In this document: positions 43,845 through 54,518 of the stretch, in pieces | How the letters are laid out: each line of letters starts with the position of its first letter | Numbering within the stretch: the first letter of the stretch is position 1 | DNA from: Candidatus Poribacteria bacterium | Lineage (GTDB): Bacteria; Poribacteria; WGA-4E; PCPOR2b | DNA: 64,000 nt | Assembly: GCA_965218095.1 (NCBI GenBank) | Contig: OZ244587.1 | Location: forward strand, 3,840,001 to 3,904,000 | Direction: 5' to 3' | Notes under the pieces: generated by a model | What the model was told of the DNA's origin: nothing | The model's input: the letters and a program-made list of their open reading frames with translations, nothing else | Database searches by the model: none | Translations under genes and position numbers: made by a program

Positions 43845-44308
43845 ATGCGTGTTATTGCTAATCACGATGTCCTGCGACAATTTGACTTGACGTTGCTAAA
43901 TTGCAGGACATTGTCAATGAGTTAACGCTTGACAGATTCAATTTTGCGCAAGAATTTTTGTTGCAAGCACAAGCACAAAACTTGTCTACGATAAGCGGAC
44001 AGAAAATCGCCATCTCGCGCAGTTACTACGCTATGTACCAAAGCGCACGTACCGTTATCTTTCACTATGGACGCGCTGATATTGAAGGACACGAAGAAAT
44101 TGCCAAGCGATTGCCTTCTACCTTGCCCAATAGAGGGCATTGGGGCATCTGTTTCAATGAATGGCATGATCAACGCAATTAAGTGGATTATTCGCCTTAT
44201 CCGAAGGGTAACCTTCACACCATTGCTCAACAAGCGCTTGTGGAAGCAGGGGATTTTCTTTCCCTTTGCGCTCAATTTTTACAAACAAGAGGTATTCCGC
44301 ATGTTTAG
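43845..44308 (+). pseudogene. HEPN-domain protein pseudogene
   Basis: AISRSYYAMYQSAR...H...R N*VDYSPY (RxxxxY); TAA at 44180 and frameshifts. Confidence 0.8.
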
Positions 44309-44563
44309 AGGAATTGTTAAATTACCTAGTTACATCCGAATAGAGGTAGATGAATACGAACTCGAACAATTTGTCGCTCACCGTTACGAAGGACGTTTTG
44401 GTGAATCTCCACAAAAATTGAAGCCGCCCGGTACCCAGGCGTGATTGATATTGTTATTTACATCAAGGAAACCACTGATGAAAAGCAAAAGTTCGCAAAC
44501 GAAATCAGCGAAAAATTATCTGACGATGGACTGAACAATATTGTCTTGGTGTGAAAACCGGAA
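44301..44563 (+). pseudogene. Small frameshifted gene coupled to the HEPN gene (possible antitoxin-like partner)
   Basis: ATG overlaps the end of HEPN; two coherent frames joined near 44410. Confidence 0.4.
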
Positions 44564-44636
44564 TAACCAAACCGGACGGATTGCGGATGGGATGAAAAAG
44601 TAGAGGCAACTATCAGAAATAATCGTTCAGATAACT

Positions 44637-45741
44637 GAGGGGTGCTCATAAGTCCCCTTATCGAAAGAGTGTAATCAGATGTGTTACATTTCTCAGGGGT
44701 CTTCCCCAAATAGAATTGACTAACATAGCCAGTTGCAGTAAAACCACCCCCAGCATCAAAAAGGTAGAGACATTCGCTTTTCGACTCACCGGCAATTGCT
44801 TATGATTGGTATGGGTCGATAGTAATTGGCTCAACAATCCAAAGATAGGTTCAATAGCAACCTTGCGCTTGTGTTGATAGGTCTGCAACTGCGCCGATTG
44901 ATTCACCGCTTCAACATAACGCCGTGCCCGCTGACTCTTTGCGCCTCTGACGGGAGTGATTAGCAACAGTCCCTGGTTCGCCAAGTGTTGGGTACGTTTC
45001 AAGTCGGTATAGCCGGCATCAGCGACTAAATACCCGATGTTCTGTTCAAGCAGTGTGTCGAGTTGTCGGTCAAGGACGGCTTTTTCACTCACACACGCGG
45101 TGTCAATGGCACTCATACGAGGCAATCCCTCTATAGAGACGGTCAGATGAAGCCCATAGCCGTAAACCCAACCGTGATAGTGACTCTTTGACCAACTGGC
45201 GTCTGTGTCAATGGCACGGATGCCAGTTGGGATGCGATTGGCATTTCTATCCTTCTGATGCCAGACGCTTCCTTTTGCCTTAAACAGACTTTTGTCTTGG
45301 TAAACCACCTCTGGAGGTGAGTCAGGTATCAAAGTCATTCCCACATCACCGAGATACCCGATGAACGCCTCTAGCTGGTAAGCGAGTTGTTTGTAGCGTC
45401 GGCAAAGGGTTGCCCGAGACGGAACACATGCCAGTTTAAGACGACACAGCCACTGCGGGTGTAGCTTGAGCCATCTGTGTTGTGCCTTAAAGCGATGGAG
45501 GCCTTTGAGCGTTAAGATGGCAAAAAGGACAATCAAGCAGTCGTCTGTATACGATTTCGGACGTCCATGGCTCTCAGGTGGCGGTGCATGGCTGGAAGCG
45601 TTGAAATGGTCAAGTTGTTCAAACAAAAATGTGATATAATACGTACTGTCAGGATAACCCATGTTATAATCCTCTCTTTCTTGCACGTTAGATTAGATTA
45701 TAACCGTTATCCTGACTCAAGTCTACTTATGAGCACCCCTC
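44637..45741 (-). mobile_element. IS-B copy 1: 1105-bp DDE element related to IS-A, transposase 44658..45686
   Basis: 17-bp TIR GAGGGGTGCTCATAAGT; AGATAACT on both sides; DKSLF, DASWSKSHYHGWVYGYGLH, ADAGY and RKVAIEPIF motifs. Confidence 0.94.
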
Positions 45742-45749
45742 AGATAACT

Positions 45750-46858
45750 GAGGGGTGTGCATAGTAGTTCATTGGAAAACAGCCGCCATATGAGAGATAT
45801 TGCGAGCAGGTAACTTCCATATGGCATTGGCAATCATAGCCACTTGCACTGATAACACCCCGATAGCTAAACAACAGCGTACATTGAAAAACCCCTTGAC
45901 CGGTAACTGCTTCTGTTGAGGAGTGGTGCCTATCACTTTAGCAATCAAGTCAAACAACGGTTCAACCGAACTGCGACGTTTGCTTAAACAGAGACGCTGC
46001 TTGGGTTGGTTGATAAATCGATGATACGCCTTGGCAAACCGTCCCTTTGTCCATCTAAGTGCCGGGGTAATCAAAGCGACTTGTGCCTTCGCCCAACGAC
46101 GGATACGGTCTGCTTGGGTATAGGCATCATCGGCAGTGAGTGTCTGCGGTGAAAGTTGTGTCAGAATCTCAGACGCTTTAGCATCTATCGCCCAACTTTC
46201 GGAGACCGACGCACGGTGCACAGTTATCAGTGTTGGGAACGCACCTTGTGTGCAGATAATGTGAAGTCCGTAGCCATAGACCCAGCCATGATAACCACTC
46301 TTGCTCCACGTGGCATCGGTGTCGAGGTTGCGTAGATGTTTAGGTACTTTTCCTGCTTTGCGGTCAGTTTGATGCCAGACGGGTCCTCGTGCCTTAAATA
46401 AACTTTTGTCGGCTACCAGATGAGCCAAGTTGAATTGTTGGGACAAGTCAGTGGCATACTGACCGATAAACAATACAAATGCCTCTATCACTTCATATAA
46501 TGCCTTATAGCGACGTGCAATCGTGGTTCGATGAGGGGGCTGTTGCCACCCCAGCATTTGTAACACTTCTGGGTGATTGATTAGCCACCGCCATTGCGTT
46601 TTGAAGCCATAGATGCCGTGAAACTGCATCAACATGAAGAAAATGATAAACGAGGTGGTTGAATATGTCAATGGTTTTGCGTGTGTGACACCTGGTTTGT
46701 CAATACGGTGTTGCATAAACTGCTCAAAGAGTTGCATAATAAGAGTGACATAATCAGCCAACATTGGTCTTTGTACCATATTGGGGCTCCTTTTGCTATG
46801 ATAACAATAGGAAACCCTTTTGGCTTGATTATGTCAACTATATTTATGCACACCCCTC
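45750..46858 (-). mobile_element. IS-A copy 2, transposase 45769..46779
   Basis: Same length and protein as copy 1; flanked by AGATAACT / AGATAAGT. Confidence 0.94.
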
Positions 46859-46944
46859 AGATAAGTAGGGTCGGGTTAAAGAACGGGCAAGGGAAATTCT
46901 TGATGGCAAGAAATAGAACTTTACGTTTTATGTTTCACTGATTT

Positions 46945-47448
46945 ATGCGTATAATCGTTGAGCTTTTCATCCGTTGGATCCATTTGATTGCTGGGATAGT
47001 ATGGTTCAGTGGGATCTTCTTTTCCGCCATCATTGCAACCCCTATTTTGAGACGCAATTTATCCCTCGTTGAAAGCCTCCAGCATACATCGGCGATTCGG
47101 GATCGCCTCCGTGTCATTATCCGTGTTACAATTCATGTGCTGCTAATCACGGGGGCAATGAACTTCTTCATCGTGGGGCTGAATACGAAGATGACATTTT
47201 CGCGGGATTACACCGTGATTTTCGTCGTCAAAATGGGTCTTGTGGCTTTGATGGTGTTGTTTCACAGCCTGCACCTCTCAGTCTTTGGTCGGAAATTGGA
47301 AGAGGTAGTCACCGATCTGAACCCGACTGATTCTACTGTACCGCCATCAACTGCTAAACTTCAAAGACAAACACAGTTGTTCGCAATCCTAACGATTCTT
47401 TCAGGACTGGCTGTGTTTATCCTCGCTCTGGGTCTGAAAGGCGCTTGA
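46945..47448 (+). CDS. CopD/DUF4149-like four-TM membrane protein
   Basis: RWIHLIAGIVWFSG, LLITG..N, KMGLV..M...H. Confidence 0.7.
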   Translation: MRIIVELFIRWIHLIAGIVWFSGIFFSAIIATPILRRNLSLVESLQHTSAIRDRLRVIIRVTIHVLLITGAMNFFIVGLNTKMTFSRDYTVIFVVKMGLVALMVLFHSLHLSVFGRKLEEVVTDLNPTDSTVPPSTAKLQRQTQLFAILTILSGLAVFILALGLKGA

Positions 47449-47482
47449 GGTTATATCAGTCAAATTTAAGAAATGAACCATC

Positions 47483-48340
47483 ATGTTCAAGGGTGAGAAT
47501 GAAATTCAAACAGAAACGTGCTGCATGGCTCTGGGTGGCGCCCTCTTAATGTGCAGTGTTGTGCTCTCAATGAACGTTTGGGCGCAGGCGCCAAAACAAG
47601 CACAAATCACCTTTACATCCACTCGAGATGGGAACTGGGAAATTTACGTGATGGGCCCCGAGGGGAAGAATCCCCGCAACCTGACAAACCATTCTGCGCC
47701 GGATGGTAGGCCGGCGTGGTCTCCGGACAGTCAGCAGATTGTATTCTATTCTAGGCAGCACGGGAACTTTGACATCTACGTGATGGACGCCGACGGGAAA
47801 AACCGCAGCAACCTGACAAATCATCCCGCGATTGACTGGGATCCGGTTTGGTCTCCGGATGGTCGGCAGATTGCATTCTATTCCAAGCGACATAGGAACT
47901 CTGACATCTACGTGATGGACGCTGATGGGAAAAACCGCAGCAACCTGACAAACCATCCCTCGGTTGACGATATGCCGGCATGGTCACCGGATGGTCAGGA
48001 GATTGCTTTCATTTCCAGACGGGATGGGAACTTTGAAATCTACGTGATGAACGCGGATGGAAAAAACCCCCGCAGACTGACGAACCATCCTGCAGATGAT
48101 TACGCGCCGGCATGGTCTCCAGATGGTCAGACGATTGCTTTTCATGCCCAACGGAGCCGGACAGCTGACATCTACGTGATGGATACGGCTGGGAAGAATC
48201 TCCGCAGACTGACAACTCACCCTGCACATGATTATTGTGCTGACTGGTTTAACCCGAAGTTACCCCGTCCTGTTTCTCCCTTGGGCAAATGCCCTTTTAC
48301 GTGGGGGTGGCTCAAGCGGGTGCGATTAAATTTCCGATAA
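47483..48340 (+). CDS. Secreted TolB-like PD40-repeat beta-propeller protein
   Basis: Five ~44-aa repeats (IYVMDADGKN..NLT.H...D..PAWSPDG.QIAF); C-terminal VSPLGK..FTWGWLK. Confidence 0.93.
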   Translation: MFKGENEIQTETCCMALGGALLMCSVVLSMNVWAQAPKQAQITFTSTRDGNWEIYVMGPEGKNPRNLTNHSAPDGRPAWSPDSQQIVFYSRQHGNFDIYVMDADGKNRSNLTNHPAIDWDPVWSPDGRQIAFYSKRHRNSDIYVMDADGKNRSNLTNHPSVDDMPAWSPDGQEIAFISRRDGNFEIYVMNADGKNPRRLTNHPADDYAPAWSPDGQTIAFHAQRSRTADIYVMDTAGKNLRRLTTHPAHDYCADWFNPKLPRPVSPLGKCPFTWGWLKRVRLNFR

Positions 48341-48435
48341 CGTGGGTTCTGCAAAAAACCGATTTGGCGCCTCCATCACATCGTGTGTCATGTAATCCGT
48401 ATCATGCATCACGTTTCACGCTTTAGGGAGCAACA

Positions 48436-49737
48436 ATGGATATGAAAGTCCAGGCCGTCTCGTGGAATATCACGCGGCTATGTAATCTGAAATGTACGCA
48501 CTGCTATCTTCCGGCCGGTTTTGTTGATACGAATGAATTTCCGGATGGATATTACCGCGATTCGGAATTGACTCACTCACAATGCTTTCGCGTGATTGAC
48601 GAGATTGCCGAAATTAACCCTAATATCCTCCTGATTCTTACGGGTGGCGAACCGCTGTTGCGCCCGGACATTTTGGAAATCTCCAAATATGCGGCTCAAA
48701 CCGGTTTCCTCGTTGTCATGGGGACAAACGGCGTGCTTCTGGATGATGAGACCGTTCAGAAGATGCTCGATCACGGCGTCAGCGGAGCCGGAATCAGTCT
48801 AGATTCTATTGATCCGGTCAATCACGACAAGTTCAGGGGGATGGAGGGGGCTTATGAAGCGACGATGAACGGCATCGAAGCCCTCAAACGCGCCAGCGTC
48901 GATTTTCTGGTGCAGACCTCTGTGACGCGCTGGAACTACGATGAGATTCCTCAGATCGTTGAGTTTGCCCATCAGTCAGGCGCGAAAGTCTTGAATCTCT
49001 ATTTTTTGGTGAAGACCGGCCGGGGGAAAACGGTCATGGACATTACCCCCGCGCAGTATGAGCATATGCTCTCGATGCTATTTGAGTTGCAGGCAAAGTA
49101 TCGTGGCAAAATGCTCGTTGCGGCAAAATGCGCCCCGCACTACAAACGGGTGATTTACGAGCAGCAGTCTGACTCCCCCTTCCTCCAAGCCTATCCAAGC
49201 GGCACCTGCCCATGTGGCATCTACTACTGTCGCATCACGCCCGAAGGCAATCTGACGCCATGTCCGTATATGCCGGTGACCGTCGGCAACCTAAAAGAGG
49301 AAAGCTTCGTCATACTCTGGAAAGAATCGAAAATCTTCCAAGATCTGCGAAATCGGAGGTTGTTGGAAGGCAAATGTGGCGCCTGTGAATTTCGTGATGT
49401 TTGCGGTGGTTGTCGTGCCCGCGCCTACGCACTCACGGGAAACTATCTCGCCGAAGATCCCTCCTGCGAATACCAACCGGGACAGTACGGAATTCAGAGC
49501 ATTCGCTTTGAAAAGACAACCCCCTTTGCGGCTGAAATCGCCTTTGAGTTACGATGGACGGATGCAGCCAAAGAACGGCTAAAGCGCGTCCCCTCCTTTG
49601 CGCGGGGGATGGTGACCAAAAGCGTTGAAAAGTATGCCCGTGAGCATAGCTGCCATGAGATTACGCCGGAGATCATGAAGGCTGTGAAGGAGAGCTTTGA
49701 TAAAACGGGAATTCCGTCCTTCAGCCCACGACGCTAG
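48436..49737 (+). CDS. AhbC/AhbD/NirJ-like radical SAM-SPASM protein with C-terminal PCP_red-like domain
   Basis: WNITRLCNLKCTHC, LTGGEPLLR, CAPHY, GKCGACEF..VCGGCRARAY; tail WTDAAKERLKRVPSFARGMV. Confidence 0.9.
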   Translation: MDMKVQAVSWNITRLCNLKCTHCYLPAGFVDTNEFPDGYYRDSELTHSQCFRVIDEIAEINPNILLILTGGEPLLRPDILEISKYAAQTGFLVVMGTNGVLLDDETVQKMLDHGVSGAGISLDSIDPVNHDKFRGMEGAYEATMNGIEALKRASVDFLVQTSVTRWNYDEIPQIVEFAHQSGAKVLNLYFLVKTGRGKTVMDITPAQYEHMLSMLFELQAKYRGKMLVAAKCAPHYKRVIYEQQSDSPFLQAYPSGTCPCGIYYCRITPEGNLTPCPYMPVTVGNLKEESFVILWKESKIFQDLRNRRLLEGKCGACEFRDVCGGCRARAYALTGNYLAEDPSCEYQPGQYGIQSIRFEKTTPFAAEIAFELRWTDAAKERLKRVPSFARGMVTKSVEKYAREHSCHEITPEIMKAVKESFDKTGIPSFSPRR

Positions 49738-49815
49738 AAGAAGTTCAAGAGTTCAGGAGTTTATCAGTTCATTTGCACATTATGCTTTACACTTCACGCT
49801 TGAGGAGAAAAAGTC

Positions 49816-50250
49816 ATGAGTACACAAAACAAGGTTGAAGAACGACTCTCTGCTGTCGAAGACCGACTGGATCGCCTGGAAGATCTGCTGATTGGCATCA
49901 GCCAGAAATTGGATTACAAACCCCAGCCAGCTCCCGTTGATGAAGAGAAGGCGGAAACACTCAAGGGGTGGGTGACCGATTATGTGTCAATGCGTTTACA
50001 ACAGCTTGTGCCTGAAACGTGTGATCATCCCCCCACTGAAACGCAGGTGCTTGCATCCCGATTTGTCGGGGAAGGACCGTTTCTGGGCAACACGTCAATC
50101 CGTTGCACAGAAGAAGTAGTCCACCGCGTTAAACGTATTCCGATCCCATTTGTTCGGGATATGGTTGTCCAACGTGTCGCTGAAAACGCCCGTGATGCAA
50201 ATGTAGATCTAGTCGATATAGAATTTTTTGAGAAAGCGGCGACCTTTTGA
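49816..50250 (+). CDS. Coiled-coil protein with C-terminal PCP_red-like domain
   Basis: CTEEVVHRVKRIPIPFVRDMVVQRVAENAR...VDIEFF; GAGGAG RBS. Confidence 0.7.
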   Translation: MSTQNKVEERLSAVEDRLDRLEDLLIGISQKLDYKPQPAPVDEEKAETLKGWVTDYVSMRLQQLVPETCDHPPTETQVLASRFVGEGPFLGNTSIRCTEEVVHRVKRIPIPFVRDMVVQRVAENARDANVDLVDIEFFEKAATF

Positions 50251-50349
50251 CAGTGCAAAGCAACGGAGGAGTTCCCTCTGCCGCACTTCCATTGGGAGGA
50301 TTTTTTGACGGCTCCGCTCTGAGCCGGTGTCAAATTCCCAACTTTAGGC

Positions 50350-50473
50350 TAGGGCTATTTAATTCTCCAACCAGCCCACAGAAAATCATGATCGAGATCC
50401 TTCGCAAAGCCTCAGGATGACTGAATTTGTCGCTCTGAACGAAGTGAAGAATCTCGAAAACTAAATGACCCTA
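50350..50473. mobile_element. 124-bp MITE with 8-bp target duplication, enclosing a GAGATCCTTCG...AGGATGAC-type REP
   Basis: Ends TAGGGCTATTTAATT / AACTAAATGACCCTA; CTTTAGGC duplicated at 50342 and 50474; the same left end recurs at 58188..58202. Confidence 0.72.
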
Positions 50474-50509
50474 CTTTAGGCACTTTAGCTCACGTTAGGC
50501 ACTTCAAAC

Positions 50510-50890
50510 ATGGAATGGGTACTTAATCTTTTCTCTGAATATCTTGAAAACGACTTCAAAAAACGATTGGGAAATCCCAAACCGACAGTTGATGAACTGT
50601 GGGAAGCGTTTAAGGTGTTTTTTCCAACCACCACTGCGAGGCTATTGGTACAAGAACCTGTCGGAAACACGGTTCGATTTAAGTCGCTTGTGTTCTATTA
50701 TGCCGATGAAATGGGACCGTTGATCGAAGATCCGATGGGCTACATCAAGGAAAATTTCGGTGGCGGGAAATTCAAGATTAACTTCTATCAGGGCATGCAA
50801 TTCATTGCAACGATTAACTTCAAACCAGAGGGATCCGAGATCTGGCGTGATTTGCCGGAACTGGATGAGTCACAAATATCTGTCGATTGA
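50510..50890 (+). CDS. Hypothetical protein
   Basis: Clean ORF co-directional with neighbours; no recognised motif. Confidence 0.7.
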   Translation: MEWVLNLFSEYLENDFKKRLGNPKPTVDELWEAFKVFFPTTTARLLVQEPVGNTVRFKSLVFYYADEMGPLIEDPMGYIKENFGGGKFKINFYQGMQFIATINFKPEGSEIWRDLPELDESQISVD

Positions 50891-50911
50891 GTCGGGCAAC
50901 GTATCGAAATT

Positions 50912-51334
50912 ATGAGCTCTCAACAGAAATTTACAGAGTGCCCCAAATGTCATAGCAAGAACGTACAGGCGGTCGGTGAAGATGGGTGGTTCTGCCTCGA
51001 TTGCGAGTGGGATAATCTGACCGCTGTCACCAAACCAATAGATTCGCTGATTTCCGCCTTGCGACACGGCGATCGGGAAGCACGGCGAGAAGCAGCGCAA
51101 GCATTGATCAATACTGGGGATTTTGATCGGCACCTCGCAACGCCGGATGATATTGAGCCCTTGTTTGAAGCCCTTGGCGATCCGGATGACGACATCCGCT
51201 ATTTTGCGGCTGTTGCACTGGGAAAGCTTGGCGATGCATGTGCACTTACGAGGCTCAAACAAGTCGCACAAAGCGATCCTGCTGTGCTGGTACGTGAGGG
51301 CGCTAAGACCGCAATTGAACGGATTGAGGGATGA
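50912..51334 (+). CDS. HEAT-repeat protein with N-terminal zinc ribbon
   Basis: CPKC...CLDC; two to three PBS-lyase HEAT repeats. Confidence 0.85.
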   Translation: MSSQQKFTECPKCHSKNVQAVGEDGWFCLDCEWDNLTAVTKPIDSLISALRHGDREARREAAQALINTGDFDRHLATPDDIEPLFEALGDPDDDIRYFAAVALGKLGDACALTRLKQVAQSDPAVLVREGAKTAIERIEG

Positions 51335-51420
51335 TTCGATACATCCACGAAATTTTCTCAAGAAAGCCTCTGTGTTTTTGAACATAGAGAACACTTACGC
51401 CTTTTTGGAGTTGAAGACTA

Positions 51421-52240
51421 GGTTCTGTTGACATTTCAAGGGAGCCATATAAGAGTGGAGACAAAGCTGAGAAATCCAAAATAACGGACAGCTAGCTTCT
51501 CAAACCGAGAGAAGATACGACGATACCATTTTATCTTGTTGATGAAACATTCAACCCGATGTCTTTCTTTGTATAAGTGTTTGTCATACGTTCTTTGGTC
51601 AACACGATGACTTTTTGGCGGTATCACCGCAATCGCTCCATTCGCCTCAATAACCGCGATAAAAGCGTCCGAATCGTACCCCTTGTCTCCAATCACATAT
51701 TCACTGTTATATCCGATTATCAACCCTTCCGCCTCAGTTATGTCATGTCTCTGACCGGGTGTCAGATGAATTCTTAGGGGATTGCCTAGTCCGTCAACGG
51801 TGATGTGATTTTTTGTACTGAAACCGCCCCGAGACCGACCTAATGCTTGGTTTTCAGTGCCACCCTTTTTTTTAAGGCGCCCGCCGCAGACGGGTGAGCG
51901 CGGCAGATGGTACTGTCCACAATAAGCGACTTGATATCGGGGTCAGAGGCGAAGTGGGGGTGCATCTGTGTGAAGATACCTTTGTCGCACCATCGAGCAA
52001 ACCGCTTGTAGCGGGTGTTCGATTTGCCATAGGTGTCTGGTAGAAGTCTCCATTGAGCCCCGCTACGAGTCACCCACAGAACCGCTTCGACGAAGCGGCG
52101 TGTAGCAGCTTCGTTGCCAACATAGATGGTGAGACAGCTAAGAAGAAACCGGTATATCTTATTCCATTGTTCATCAGGTAAGGTTATTGGCGTCATTCTT
52201 CTATTATGCCACAACCTTATACTCAAATGTCAACAGAACC
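51421..52240 (-). mobile_element. IS5-family element, copy 6 (two-ORF form)
   Basis: Both TIRs; orfA 51840..52226, orfB ending 51436; A8GGG junction. Confidence 0.96.
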
Positions 52241-54333
52241 TAGTTCAAGCTACATCGCCGGTATCTTGTGGTTGATGAATACTTCCCCGCCGGCGCAACG
52301 TTAGTTGAAGGCTCCGTTGAAGACGGTTCGCACCATTACGAGTACGAGGTCGGCGATGGCGTTATCCGTTTTTATTATCCGCCGGGGAAGTACCTTCACG
52401 ACTATCGTTATCAATTGGTGAGTTATGCGCCCGGCAATTACCGCGTGGCGCCCACTGTCATCCGTGACCCGATGTACCCCGGCGATATGCGAATTGGAAA
52501 CAGGGCTTCGCTCACCGTGTTGGCGCCCGGTGAAAAATCCACCGACCTATACAAGATGAATGATGGGGAACGCTACGCGCTCGGGAAAGCATACTTTGAC
52601 GATGGCAGGTATAGCGATGCCCTCTCACTACTTGAAGAATTCACGCGCACAACCCCGATTACAATGAGAAAGAGACTGCGCGGATGCTGCTGTGGATATA
52701 TACCACGAAAGCACACTACAACGCCCGGAAAGTGGTCGAGGCTTTTGAGATCTTACGTGAGCGATACCCCGAACTCTATATCCCCTTCGACAAGATTCGT
52801 GTTGTTGGGACCGCCTATTGAGACATCGAGGAGTTTGAACGGGCTGCCCTTGTTTATCAGGCGACAATTGACGCTAGCTTCGCCAACGATTCCCATGTGA
52901 GTGCGGTCTTGCAAGACGAAGGGCAGTTCCTGCGTTCGATCGACTTCACGGAAAATCTGTGGTATGCGTATCCAGACACATCGCCGGTAATTTCCGCTTA
53001 CTTTTCGCTCACGCAATCCCTCTACGCGAACAAGGACGCAGAGATGCAGCAGGTGCAGGTGTGGGAGGGTGAGGAAGGGGAATGGAAGAACGGAAGGATG
53101 GAAGGAAAGGAAAGAAGTGGGCATAAGGGACATGCAATATGTCTGACGAAGTGGGATATTCTCAAACGCACCGTAGCGATGCTGTCACAATTCCTGACGT
53201 TGTACCCGAGTCACCCGCTTGCCGATGATGCCGCGTTTTCGCTGGCGAATGCTTTGCTAGACCTTGAAGATTTCTCAAGGGTCGTACGCCTGTGTCAGTT
53301 GAACCAGGAACGGTATCCTGATAGCGATTTCCTAACCAGTTTTTAGTATGTCGAGGCGATTGGTTTGTTCTCAATGCAGCAGCATGACAAGGCGATTGCG
53401 GCAGCAACCGTTGTCACCGAAAGCGAGAACGAAGATCGAGATTTCGCTCGATATATTCTGGGACAGATCTATCACGCACAGGGAAAACCGCCCCAAGCCA
53501 TTGAGTGGTACACCCGCGTCAAGTTGATCTACCCGGATGCGAACGAATCGATCGCCTACTTTGAAGAAAAGCGAATCTCACTGCCCGAAGTGACGATTAA
53601 GCGCCCAGATCAGACTGTGGCGATTTCACTTAAGTATCGGAATATCAAAACGGCGGTGCTTCAGGTGTATCACGTTGATCTGATGAAGCTGTATCTGCGC
53701 GAAAAAGACCTCAGCCGCGTCACCGAAGTTCATTTAGCAGGAATCAAGCCGGAGGTGAGCCAAACTGTGGCGCTTGGTGATGGGAAAGATTATATCAATA
53801 AAACCCGTGAGATTACCCTGTCGCTCAAGGAAGAAGGTGCATACCTCGTGATTTGTCGAGGGGATGACCTGTTTACGAGCGGCTTAATCCTGATTACGCC
53901 GCTGGAAATTGAGGTGCAGGAAGAGCGTGTGAGTGGTTGTGTGCGCGCTAACGTGCGGAACACCGTCACAGGGAATTATCAGTCGAAAGTCCACGTCAAA
54001 GTGGTTGGATCCACGGATGGGCGTTTTATCTCCGGCGAAACCGATCTTCGGGGCGTTTTTATCGCCGATGACGTCCGTGGAAAAGTCACCATCATCGCGC
54101 GTGACGCAGCCAACCGCTATGCGTTCTATTGCGGAGAACAATGGCTTGGGGCGGCGGAAGCGGCAAAGCAGGAGCAGCAGAATCGACCTATGCCCTCGCC
54201 GCGAGAGTCTATGGATTATCGCAGGCATCTAAACCGAAGAAACCGAGCCATCCAGTCATTACAAATTAAGACATATGATCAGATGCGTCGGAGCGCTGGA
54301 AGAGGTGTACAGGTCCAAAACGCGCTTGAATAG
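52241..54333 (+). pseudogene. 3' portion of a large alpha-2-macroglobulin-like/TPR protein gene; 5' part absent, frameshift ~52650, TAG 53344
   Basis: YLVVDEYFPAGA...PGNYRVAP (A2M-like), TPR repeats, GETDLRG MG-like domain. Confidence 0.75.
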
Positions 54334-54426
54334 TGGGATGTGTACTATCACTAACCCCTTAAGAACCCGCATCGGAACTGGACAGTTAACGTCGTAAGAG
54401 TACAGAGCCTGCCCTGATCTATCGGG

Positions 54427-54486
54427 GAGTTCATGGGTTCATTGAACTTTTGAACCTTTGAACTCAAATCGCGGGTCGTTTTCTCA
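54427..54486. repeat. Inverted copy of the 40259..40322 repeat, preceded by REP-like CTGCCCTGATCTATCGGGG
   Basis: Direct sequence comparison. Confidence 0.7.
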
Positions 54487-54518
54487 ATGCGCTAAATGGA
54501 GCAGATTTTCTCACGCAT

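Noticed and set aside
47620-48240. Regularly spaced ~132-bp repeats as a CRISPR array or DGR template
   Set aside because: They are in-frame PD40 protein repeats with no unique spacers, cas genes or reverse transcriptase.
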